A DNA stretch of 32,000 bases from Coprobacillaceae bacterium (lineage in GTDB: Bacteria > Bacillota_I > Bacilli_A > Erysipelotrichales > Coprobacillaceae). The notes under the pieces are model-generated. The model saw nothing but the letters and a program-made list of their open reading frames with translations, did no database searches and had not been told where the DNA came from. The stretch covers positions 2,220,001-2,252,000 of the forward strand of contig OY776328.1 in assembly GCA_963675515.1 (NCBI GenBank), in the 5' to 3' direction. This document shows positions 17,475 to 24,873 of this stretch, piece after piece; position 1 is the first letter of the stretch; each line of letters begins with the position of its first letter. The translations under genes were made by a program, and so were the position numbers.

Positions 17475-18783
17475 AGATGCGTTTCAACTTGGCGATTGTC
17501 GTCAGCGATGCAACGTGTGGAGCGGTGTCGACACCGACAATCCGTTCAAGTGTGTAATACTTTTCGATTTCTCCTAGATCCTTGGCCATGGTCGAGTAGT
17601 TATCACCGATAACGATGAAATTGTCGACTTTTCCCAATACCAGTGAATTGCGGAGCGCTTCGGAAATATTCGAGTTGTTCAAGAACAAGATGACTGTGTC
17701 ATATTCCTTTTTCTTTGCCAGGGTCACAATCGAATCATCGATTGAACCCGATTTGACTTTGATGTTTTCAAGCATCTTCGATTTGACGTTGAGCTTCAAA
17801 TCGTCCCGGGCATAGTTCTTGTCCTCGAGAATGACGACTTCCTTGTCCTTGATGTTCATCTCGAACAGGCAAGAATCGCCTCCAATGGAGATAATCTTAT
17901 CGGAGTCGTCAAGCATCTTGTAGATGGCGTTGTAAACCTTCAAAGCGTTGTCAAGATTGTCGGGCAGCTTTGTTTTTACGGAATACAGGTATCTCTGATT
18001 GTTGAAATCGACCGGAAGGCGGGCATCACCATAGTATTTGGTGTAGCCGGTCTCCTCGAAGCTTGAGTACTTGGTTGTGTTGGTCGACTGGAACAGGGCC
18101 CCCACATATCCTAGCTGGCTCACTCTTTCGATCACATCACGGGAAAGCCCGTCTTTGCCGGTTATAAAGACAACTGTGACCAGGTCATTGCGCAAAGTCA
18201 GCTTCAAAAAACGGATTCCCTTTTTGAACTTGTCGTCATAGATTTTGCAATGGGTCTCATTAAGTATCTTCGACAGGTCGGTCAATGCCTGGTTGATCAG
18301 CGGGTGGTGCTTGAAGCAGCGGTCCATCAAAGTGAGATACTTCGAATCGCGCTGGTAAATACCGAAATTCAAATAGCCATTGAATTCCACTACCGGCAGG
18401 TTGACGTTGTTTATGAACCCTTCAGTCTTGCTTGAAGGAACCACGTCCTTGAAGACAACCTGATTCAGGTCGTATCTGGTGTATTTGCGGAACGATTCGC
18501 GCACCAGTTCCTTTTTGGCGCTAAGTTGTGCCTTGTAGTCCAGGTGGAGCAGGTTGCATCCCTGGCAGTTCTTGTACTGCTTGCACGGTGCCGATACCCG
18601 ATCCTTTGAACGCTTCATTATTTTTACGACATTGCCTTCATGGAAGGTCCGGGTCGATTTGGTGATGTCCGCGATGACTGTCTCATCAGGGAGGGCACCC
18701 TTTACAAAGGTGATTTTCTTGTCAATGTAACCAATACCTTCACCGTTAATTCCTATTTTTTTGATTTCTACTTCTTTTTTCAT
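17473..18783 (-). CDS. RlmCD/RumA/TrmA-family (TRAM + 4Fe-4S) RNA m5U-methyltransferase homolog with degenerate catalytic motifs
   Basis: 436 aa. It has an N-terminal TRAM-like beta domain and Cys67-x5-Cys73-x2-Cys76 plus Cys156 in the RumA Fe-S pattern. The C-terminal half is collinear with the methyltransferase fold but lacks its key residues (see findings). Confidence 0.75.
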   Translation of the reverse strand: MKKEVEIKKIGINGEGIGYIDKKITFVKGALPDETVIADITKSTRTFHEGNVVKIMKRSKDRVSAPCKQYKNCQGCNLLHLDYKAQLSAKKELVRESFRKYTRYDLNQVVFKDVVPSSKTEGFINNVNLPVVEFNGYLNFGIYQRDSKYLTLMDRCFKHHPLINQALTDLSKILNETHCKIYDDKFKKGIRFLKLTLRNDLVTVVFITGKDGLSRDVIERVSQLGYVGALFQSTNTTKYSSFEETGYTKYYGDARLPVDFNNQRYLYSVKTKLPDNLDNALKVYNAIYKMLDDSDKIISIGGDSCLFEMNIKDKEVVILEDKNYARDDLKLNVKSKMLENIKVKSGSIDDSIVTLAKKKEYDTVILFLNNSNISEALRNSLVLGKVDNFIVIGDNYSTMAKDLGEIEKYYTLERIVGVDTAPHVASLTTIAKLKRI

Positions 18784-18806
18784 CCTACAATGCTTAGCTT
18801 ACCAGG

Positions 18807-20075
18807 CTAAGACTCCTCACTTTCAATTTTGGTAATCTTCAAATGGTCGATCCGACGCTTGTCAATGGCGATTATCTGGAACAGATAGTCATCGATGACT
18901 ATCTCGTCATTTACTTCCGGAGTCGATTTCAGGGCACCCAAAACCAACCCGCCAATGGAGTCGAACTCTTCCTCATCAAAATTTGTCTTTAAAAATTCAT
19001 TCACTTCAATAATGTTTGTCGTACCGTCGACAAGATATTCGTTCTTGGATATTGCGAATATTTCCTTGTCGAATTCGTCATCATATTCGTCGGCGATTTC
19101 CCCGACGATTTCCTCGACGATATCCTCGAAGGTAACAATCCCCGAAAAGACCCCGTACTCGTCAAGAACGACCGCCATGGTCGCATGATCCTTACGCATC
19201 GATTCGAAAACCGTATCGATATGGTTGAACTCGTAGACGACAAAGGCGTCCCGCAGATAATCCGCGGTCTTGAATGTTTCCGGGTCAATCTGGAAGAAAA
19301 GCAGATCCTTGATGTTCAACACGCCCACAACCTCGTCAAACGATTCCGAATGGACCGGATAGCGCGAATATCGGTCTTTTTGATAGATTTCGACCAGCTC
19401 GTCATAATTGCAGTCCTCATCAAGGACAGTAACGTTGATACGCGGCGTCATGATGTCGCGGATTTCCGTCTCGCCAAAATCGAAGACGTTGTGGATCATC
19501 TTTCTTTTTTCTTCCTGCAATACCCCTTCCTCATGGGAAACGGTTACTATGGTCTTGAGTTCCTCTTCGGTCACGGTCGGACGGATTTCGCCGCCGCCTC
19601 CCAGAATGATAATAAACACCCGGGAAACCCGGTTCAAGATGATTACAACCGGATAAGTCACAATGACAACAATATTGATGAACTTCGCCAAAGCCAAAAC
19701 CAGAGAATCGGCTTTTTTGGTCGCCAGGCTTTTGGGCGTAATCTCCCCGAAAACCAATATCAGCAAAGTCACTAACCCGGTTGCATAGGCGATGTAGACT
19801 CCTTGATTCCCAAAAAGCGAAATCATCAAAGACGTCGTCAATGAAGACGCCAGAATATTCACCAGGTTGTTGCCGACCAGGATCGAAGCGAACAGGCGAT
19901 CGCCATCCTCCAGTAATCTTTCCACCAGTTGGGCTTTCTTGTGCCCCTCTTGTGAAAGGTTGCGCAGTCTGATTTTATTCACCGACAAAAACGCTGTCTC
20001 GCTCGAAGAAAAAACCGCTGATGTAAACAATAATATCACTAAAATTATTACCGTCGTGCTCTGGGAGGTATCCAA
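18807..20075 (-). CDS. CNNM/CorB (HlyC/CorC) family transporter with DUF21, a CBS pair and a CorC_HlyC domain; putative Mg2+ efflux
   Basis: 422 aa. The N-terminal 4-TM DUF21 contains SSSETAFLSVN and GEITPKS. A CBS pair (IMTPR...) and a C-terminal CorC domain follow. TTG start with SD AAAGGAG at 7 nt. Confidence 0.9.
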   Translation of the reverse strand: MDTSQSTTVIILVILLFTSAVFSSSETAFLSVNKIRLRNLSQEGHKKAQLVERLLEDGDRLFASILVGNNLVNILASSLTTSLMISLFGNQGVYIAYATGLVTLLILVFGEITPKSLATKKADSLVLALAKFINIVVIVTYPVVIILNRVSRVFIIILGGGGEIRPTVTEEELKTIVTVSHEEGVLQEEKRKMIHNVFDFGETEIRDIMTPRINVTVLDEDCNYDELVEIYQKDRYSRYPVHSESFDEVVGVLNIKDLLFFQIDPETFKTADYLRDAFVVYEFNHIDTVFESMRKDHATMAVVLDEYGVFSGIVTFEDIVEEIVGEIADEYDDEFDKEIFAISKNEYLVDGTTNIIEVNEFLKTNFDEEEFDSIGGLVLGALKSTPEVNDEIVIDDYLFQIIAIDKRRIDHLKITKIESEES

Positions 20076-20110
20076 TTTAAATCTCCTTTTTCAAATGAAT
20101 TATTTTATCT

Positions 20111-20139
20111 ATTCTAATACATATTGACGCTTTTGTCAA
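20111..20139 (-). promoter_or_regulatory. Strong sigmaA-type promoter of the full-length CNNM gene
   Basis: Minus strand reads TTGACA-17 nt-TAGAAT, about 35 nt upstream of the TTG start. Confidence 0.7.
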
Positions 20140-20181
20140 AACTATTCTAGAACATCCTGTCTAAGATGATTTTAACCCAAT

Positions 20182-20526
20182 TCAACCGGAATTTAAAGCA
20201 CAAAAAGACTCATTCGAGTCTTTAGTTCGAGTCTTTTTATAGGCGATGTAGACTCCTTGATTCCCAAAAAGCGAAATCATCAAAGACGTCGTCAATGAAG
20301 ACGCCAGAATATTCAGGTTGTTGCCGACCAGGATCGAAGCGAACAGGCGATCGCCATCCTCCAGTAATCTTTCCACCAGTTGGGCTTTCTTGTGCCCCTC
20401 TTGTGAAAGGTTGCGCAGTCTGATTTTATTCACCGACAAAAACGCTGTCTCGCTCGAAGAAAAAACCGCTGATGTAAACAATAATATCACTAAAATTATT
20501 ACCGTCGTGCTCTGGGAGGTATCCAA
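20182..20526 (-). pseudogene. Truncated duplicate of the CNNM gene 5' end (97 codons minus Val72), fused to 17 junction-derived codons
   Basis: The 114-aa ORF matches CNNM residues 1-97 except for the Val72 deletion. It then reads KKTRTKDSNESFCALNSG through the duplicated terminator sequence. Confidence 0.85.
20201..20238 (-). terminator. Duplicated copy of the pbpB terminator, lying inside the truncated ORF
   Basis: Minus strand shows AAAGACTC-gaat-GAGTCTTTTT, preceded by a direct repeat of AAAGACTCGAA. Confidence 0.55.
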
Positions 20527-20561
20527 TTTAAATCTCCTTTTTCAAATGAATTATTTTATCT

Positions 20562-20590
20562 ATTCTAATACATATTGACGCTTTTGTCAA
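20562..20590 (-). promoter_or_regulatory. Duplicate copy of the CNNM promoter, driving the truncated ORF
   Basis: Identical TTGACA-17-TAGAAT in repeat unit B. Confidence 0.7.
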
Positions 20591-20651
20591 AACTATTCTA
20601 GAACATCCTGTCTAAGATGATTTTAACCCAATTCAACCGGAATTTAAAGCA

Positions 20652-20689
20652 CAAAAAGACTCATTCGAGTCTTTAGTTCGAGTCTTTTT
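20652..20689 (-). terminator. Rho-independent terminator of the mraZ-pbpB operon
   Basis: Same hairpin and T-run as 20201-20238, located immediately after the pbpB stop (20688-20690). Confidence 0.6.
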
Positions 20690-22784
20690 AGTTTCCCAGT
20701 ACAACTTCAATCGTCTGATCGCTGGTCAATACGGTATTGGCGGCTATTGACTGGCTTGAAACCACCTGTCCGTCCCCTTTGAAATTGATGGTGATATTGG
20801 CGAGCGATGCGAGAGTGGCGACATCCTTGCGGGACCAACCCGTCATGTCCGGAATCGCTATCTCGTTGCCATCGGTCTTCAAGAAAACCTTGTCGGACAC
20901 GTTGATGGTGCTGTAGGCCGCCGGGTATTGGGCTACCACGGTCGAGCCGTTGGAGATGACCACCGCGTCAAGTTTGCTTTCACCCAGCTGGCTGGTCGCG
21001 AACTTGGTGGACTGGTTGACAAACGATGGCAGGGTGTTGACCATCCCCTCGATGGAGGTGGTGTCCTCCTGGTATTTGTGGACCGTAGAGTAGGCTGCCG
21101 GGGTTATGCCCTTGATGATGTTGTCGGGCCACGAGTAAGTTGAATACTCCCCGATATAACAAAAGGCGATTATTATCTCAGGATCATCGTAAGGAAACAG
21201 CCCGACAAACGAATGCGAATACTCGCTGGAAGAATAGTCTTCGATCCTGTTTTCCCGTAGATCTCGCGCTCCGGTCCCACCTTCAAAATGGGTAACCCCG
21301 TAGAGCAGGTCCTTCATCGTAGAGACAGTATCGCTGGAAATAATTTTGTCTGAATACTCGGTGTTGGCGCTATATAGCACCTCCGATGAGTCCCCGTCGA
21401 TGATCGAATCGATCCAGTAAGGAGTTATCATCTTGCCGTCATTGGCGAAGATGCTGTAGGCGCGAGCCAGCTGGTACAATGTCAGGGTCGTCCCTTGGCC
21501 AAATCCCGACGTGTAGAAGTTGGTCAGCTCGCCGTTTGGCCCGATTCCCGCAGTCACATCGAACCCGTCGACTTCCTGCGAGGTGAAGAATCCCAGTTCC
21601 TTGTAGAAATCGGTAAGGTCGTCACGGTCAGGAACCCTTGAGAGCAGGTTGCAGATGGCTGTATTGCTTGAACGGTACAGCCCCTCGTTGAAGCTGATCA
21701 TGCCCCAGCCGGTGTTGTTCCAGTCCCTTATTGTCGCGGTCACCTTCCCGCTTGTCGTCTTTACCTGGTATGAGCCGGACTGGTAAAGCTCCTCGCCGTT
21801 GTAAAGGCCGTTTTCAATCATGTAGGAATAGACAAACGGCTTGAAGATCGAACCGACCTCATAAGGATATTCGGTGAAGAAATTGGTGTAGTTTTCTATG
21901 TTGCGGTCATTTGGATTGAATGAAGGGTAATTGCTCTGGGCCAAAATCCGACCGGTTTTAGCCTCGATAATGACGCAGCTGCCAAGAGTCGCATTCGCCC
22001 CCGAGAGGTTTTCCTCCATCAGCGTGTCGAGATCACGCTGGAGCGATGAATCGATGGTCAGATTGATGATGTCTCCGTTTTCCGGTTCGACATCCTCGAT
22101 GATCCCCCCAGGGAGAACATAGCCCGAGGTGTCGACCTGATACGATTCATAGCCATTGGTTCCCGCAAGCAGGTCATTGTATGTCTTCTCGATCCCGTAT
22201 TCGCCCACTATCTTCTGGTCATCCTCGCTGACATACTTGTTCAGGGCGTATCCCACCACATATGAAGCAAAATCGCCCATTGGATAATTGCGCGACAGCA
22301 CTTCCGAGAATTCGATTCCGGCAATGTCGAGAGCCTCGATCTGCTTTTTCTGGATCGCCGAAAGGGAATTGCCGTAAGAGCCGAATTCCATCTGGTAGAG
22401 GTTGTTGTCCTTTGAATACTGGAGCTTTTCTTCCATCTTGGCCGGTTCCATTCCGATGATGACTGACACGTCATTGATCAGCGCATCGTAATCGACCAGA
22501 TGGCTTGGCGTGTCGCCATAGCCCGGCCGGCTTTCGTCAATGATCACCACCAGCTTGTATTTGGTCACATCCTGAGCAATTATCTGGCCATCGGAAGAAT
22601 AGATGGTTCCCCTTTGGGAATATACCGGAGTTGTCTTCACGGCCCGGTTTTGCGCGTAGGCCAGGATGTCCCCTTGCGAGTAGAGGTTTTTCCCGGTTGC
22701 CATCAGGTAGCCGACATTACCGACTATTAAGGCTATAACCACCATATAGGCTATAGCCAGATAAGCAATTCTATTGGTTTTCAT
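20688..22784 (-). CDS. pbpB: Class B penicillin-binding protein (PBP2B/FtsI-like) with two C-terminal PASTA domains
   Basis: It has an N-terminal TM, the IEAKTGRILAQSNYPSFNPN motif, SxxK (S321-IFK in track numbering), SxN (S381-S-N) and two PASTA-like repeats at the C-terminus. It follows ftsL in the dcw cluster. The start is uncertain: ATG 22784 (MKTNRIAYL) is preferred, and the track TTG at 22811 has no SD. Confidence 0.85.
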   Translation of the reverse strand: MKTNRIAYLAIAYMVVIALIVGNVGYLMATGKNLYSQGDILAYAQNRAVKTTPVYSQRGTIYSSDGQIIAQDVTKYKLVVIIDESRPGYGDTPSHLVDYDALINDVSVIIGMEPAKMEEKLQYSKDNNLYQMEFGSYGNSLSAIQKKQIEALDIAGIEFSEVLSRNYPMGDFASYVVGYALNKYVSEDDQKIVGEYGIEKTYNDLLAGTNGYESYQVDTSGYVLPGGIIEDVEPENGDIINLTIDSSLQRDLDTLMEENLSGANATLGSCVIIEAKTGRILAQSNYPSFNPNDRNIENYTNFFTEYPYEVGSIFKPFVYSYMIENGLYNGEELYQSGSYQVKTTSGKVTATIRDWNNTGWGMISFNEGLYRSSNTAICNLLSRVPDRDDLTDFYKELGFFTSQEVDGFDVTAGIGPNGELTNFYTSGFGQGTTLTLYQLARAYSIFANDGKMITPYWIDSIIDGDSSEVLYSANTEYSDKIISSDTVSTMKDLLYGVTHFEGGTGARDLRENRIEDYSSSEYSHSFVGLFPYDDPEIIIAFCYIGEYSTYSWPDNIIKGITPAAYSTVHKYQEDTTSIEGMVNTLPSFVNQSTKFATSQLGESKLDAVVISNGSTVVAQYPAAYSTINVSDKVFLKTDGNEIAIPDMTGWSRKDVATLASLANITINFKGDGQVVSSQSIAANTVLTSDQTIEVVLGN

Positions 22785-23073
22785 CTGATGAAGATCCCAC
22801 ATTGGTAGCAACGGCGTCGTTTTGGTAAGTGTAGCCTTTGCTTGTCGCTATGTCGGATATGCGGTCAAAGGAAGTCAACTCCTGCTTGTTGATAGCCAAA
22901 GAATCAATGTCCCCCTCAAGCTGGGAAATTTCATTGGAGATAGTCTGGATATCGCGGTTATATTTGGTGGCGAATGTTCCAAACCCCATGGAAACAAGGG
23001 TTGTGACAATCAATACACAAGCAAATACCCTGATGCATAATTTTTCAAATGGTGTCTTTTTATAGGTTTTCAT
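22771..23073 (-). CDS. ftsL: Cell division protein FtsL-like
   Basis: 100 aa with a short basic N-terminus, one TM ([19 protein letters not shown]) and a coiled-coil-like segment. It sits between rsmH and pbpB and overlaps both. Confidence 0.75.
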   Translation of the reverse strand: MKTYKKTPFEKLCIRVFACVLIVTTLVSMGFGTFATKYNRDIQTISNEISQLEGDIDSLAINKQELTSFDRISDIATSKGYTYQNDAVATNVGSSSDENQ

Positions 23074-24007
23074 CTTCCCTTACCCTCTCTATTATTCGTA
23101 ATTTGGCACTGTGGGCCCGCTTGTTGATCTCCAATTCCTCTTCCTGGGCGACTATCGCTTTGCGGTTGACCAGTTTGAATTTTGGCTGGAGATAATCAGG
23201 GATCACAGGAATGTTTCGTGGCACATCTTTTAGTCTGGTAACCTCATTGAATGTGTACTTGCAGATCTTGTCTTCAAGGGAATGGAAGGTTATTACCGCG
23301 ATCCTTCCATTGACCTTGATCAGTTTCAAAGCGTCATCCAGAGCGGTTTCAAATACGGTCAACTCGTCGTTCACCTCGATGCGCAAGGCCTGGAAAGTCC
23401 GCTTGGCAGGATGGCCACCGGTGCGCCGCGCCCGGGCCGGGATCGCATCCTTGACGATTTCCACCAGCTCGAAGGTTGTTTCAATCGGCTTTATTGACCG
23501 GGCCTTCTCGATCTGGCGGGCAATCGACTTCGCAAATTTCTCATCCGCATACTTGAACAGGATCCTTACAAGCTGTTCATATGGATATTCATTGACGACC
23601 TGATAGGCGTCTTTAGTGGCAGTCGTGTCCATCCTCATGTCCAGACGGGCGTCGTAATTGTAGGAAAATCCCCGGCCTGACTGGTCGAACTGGGGTGATG
23701 ACACGCCCAAATCGAAAAGTATGCCATCAACTCTTGTCACTCCGCGCGCTTCGAGTTCACTTTTGAGATGGCGGAAATTGGAGCGGATGATCGTGAAGTT
23801 CCCACCGACCTGCTCCAATTGGCCCCTCGCGTAAGCGATCGCCTGGTCATCCTGGTCGAAACAGTACAGGTGCCCGGTGGTCAGCCGCTTGAGGATTTCC
23901 TTGGAATGGCCTGCTCCCCCAAGGGTGCAGTCGACATATATCCCATCGGGTCTGATATTGAGCCCCTCGATTGCTTCTTCTTTTAAAACACTTATGTGTT
24001 CAAACAT
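23060..24007 (-). CDS. rsmH: 16S rRNA (cytosine1402-N4)-methyltransferase RsmH
   Basis: 315 aa with [29 protein letters not shown] and ITFHSLEDK motifs. Confidence 0.95.
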   Translation of the reverse strand: MFEHISVLKEEAIEGLNIRPDGIYVDCTLGGAGHSKEILKRLTTGHLYCFDQDDQAIAYARGQLEQVGGNFTIIRSNFRHLKSELEARGVTRVDGILFDLGVSSPQFDQSGRGFSYNYDARLDMRMDTTATKDAYQVVNEYPYEQLVRILFKYADEKFAKSIARQIEKARSIKPIETTFELVEIVKDAIPARARRTGGHPAKRTFQALRIEVNDELTVFETALDDALKLIKVNGRIAVITFHSLEDKICKYTFNEVTRLKDVPRNIPVIPDYLQPKFKLVNRKAIVAQEEELEINKRAHSAKLRIIERVREDENL

Positions 24008-24010
24008 AAT

Positions 24011-24442
24011 TTACTCCTTATCCATAAACATTTTTTCAAAAATGTCATCCAATTCTTCTTCCGCCCCCAAAGCAAACTCGTCCCAGGCACGCTCGCCCCA
24101 TATTTCGACATGGTCGCCGGCGCCGTTGATCACGACTTCCTTGTCCAGTCCGGCCTTGTCCTTTAGACCTTTGGGGATGTTGATCCGGCCCAGCTTGTCG
24201 AACTCTAGTTCGCTCGTGCGGGCCATGATGATCCTTAGCAGCTTGCGGGTGTCGCGGGCATTCTTGTTTGTGGCTATTAGCTCGTTATAATAATCCTGCC
24301 AGCCTTGATGGTTATAAAGCGCGATGCATCCATCAAAACCGATGGTCACCATCACGGTGTCCTGGCATTGATTTCTGAATTTGGCAGGGACGGTCAGTCG
24401 GCCTTTTGCATCAAGATTATGACGGTATTCACCAAAAAACAC
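24011..24442 (-). CDS. mraZ: Transcriptional regulator MraZ
   Basis: 143 aa starting MFFGEYRHNLDAKGRLTVPAKFR, with a second DxxGR repeat (FDKLGRINIP). GTG start with SD GAGGTG at 7 nt. Confidence 0.95.
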   Translation of the reverse strand: MFFGEYRHNLDAKGRLTVPAKFRNQCQDTVMVTIGFDGCIALYNHQGWQDYYNELIATNKNARDTRKLLRIIMARTSELEFDKLGRINIPKGLKDKAGLDKEVVINGAGDHVEIWGERAWDEFALGAEEELDDIFEKMFMDKE

Positions 24443-24448
24443 TTTGCC

Positions 24449-24503
24449 CCACCTCTTTCCACTTTATACCACTATTATATACCCAATTCCTTCACCAATT
24501 CAA
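24449..24503 (-). promoter_or_regulatory. mraZ (dcw) promoter plus three 10-bp-phased MraZ-box-like direct repeats
   Basis: Minus strand reads TTGAAT-18 nt-TATAAT. It is followed immediately by AGTGG (24469-24473), AGTGG (24459-24463) and GGTGG (24449-24453) at an exact 10-bp period. The middle unit reads AAAGTGG. Confidence 0.6.
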
Positions 24504-24635
24504 GAAAATCATCGTGATTTGACCCTTTATAACGTCATTTTTTTCTCATTTGCTTCTTTATTTCGGTTAGATGAAGTCCAACGTGGCCCGATACCCACTT
24601 ATCGGGGCATTTACGGGGTGGGAAGAAGTGGATAG

Positions 24636-24659
24636 AAAAAGCCCCCTTGCAGGGGGAGC
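24636..24659 (-). terminator. Second (distal) rho-independent terminator after rpmF
   Basis: Minus strand: CCCCCT-gca-AGGGGG followed by cttttt. Confidence 0.65.
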
Positions 24660-24660
24660 A

Positions 24661-24689
24661 AAAGAAAAAGCCTCCCTTTCAGGGAGACC
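24661..24689 (-). terminator. First (proximal) rho-independent terminator after rpmF
   Basis: Minus strand: CTCCCT-gaa-AGGGAG followed by gctttttctttt, starting about 5 nt after the rpmF stop. Confidence 0.7.
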
Positions 24690-24693
24690 GGTA

Positions 24694-24861
24694 CTATAAG
24701 ACTTTTTGACCTTTGTATGTTCCACAGTGCTTACAAACTTTATGAGACAATTTGTATTCACCACATTCTGGACAAACAACTACAGCTGGTACTGTAAGCT
24801 TATCATGAGTTCTTCTTTTGTTTCTTCTAGTACTTGATACTCTTCTAAATGGTACTGCCAT
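24694..24861 (-). CDS. rpmF: 50S ribosomal protein L32
   Basis: Not in the ORF track because it is 55 aa. Hand translation gives [55 protein letters not shown], with the canonical L32 N-terminus and a CxxC...CxxC zinc ribbon. SD GGAGGTG is present, and the gene is downstream of yceD as usual. Confidence 0.9.
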   Translation of the reverse strand: MAVPFRRVSSTRRNKRRTHDKLTVPAVVVCPECGEYKLSHKVCKHCGTYKGQKVL

Positions 24862-24873
24862 TAAGTACACCTC

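Larger units (their letters stand above)
19785..20689. repeat. Tandem direct duplication: unit A 19785-20238 (454 bp) and unit B 20239-20689 (451 bp)
   Basis: Base-by-base reading shows the units are identical except for a 3-bp deletion in unit B between 20314 and 20315. The identical 86-aa plus-strand track ORFs (19867-20127 and 20318-20578) confirm this. Confidence 0.92.

Noticed and set aside
19185-19775. 196-aa plus-strand ORF antisense to the CNNM gene, plus other shadow ORFs at 19408-19656, 19781-19972, 19867-20127 and 20318-20578.
   Set aside because: These are shadow ORFs of a well-supported gene. The two identical 86-aa ORFs merely reflect the tandem duplication.
24504-24635. GC-rich structured spacer between the rpmF terminators and the mraZ promoter. 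It has the hairpin CCCGAT-8 nt-ATCGGG and an alternative CCACTT/AAGTGG pairing.
   Set aside because: There is no T-run, no ORF longer than 8 codons, and no tRNA, SRP or riboswitch hallmark that I can recognise. It cannot be assigned without covariance-model scans or expression data.
24567-24779. 70-aa minus-strand track ORF, and the 63-aa plus-strand ORF at 24444-24635.
   Set aside because: The first overlaps rpmF out of frame and runs through both terminators. The true gene here is the 55-aa L32 in another frame. The second spans the mraZ promoter and leader with no signals.
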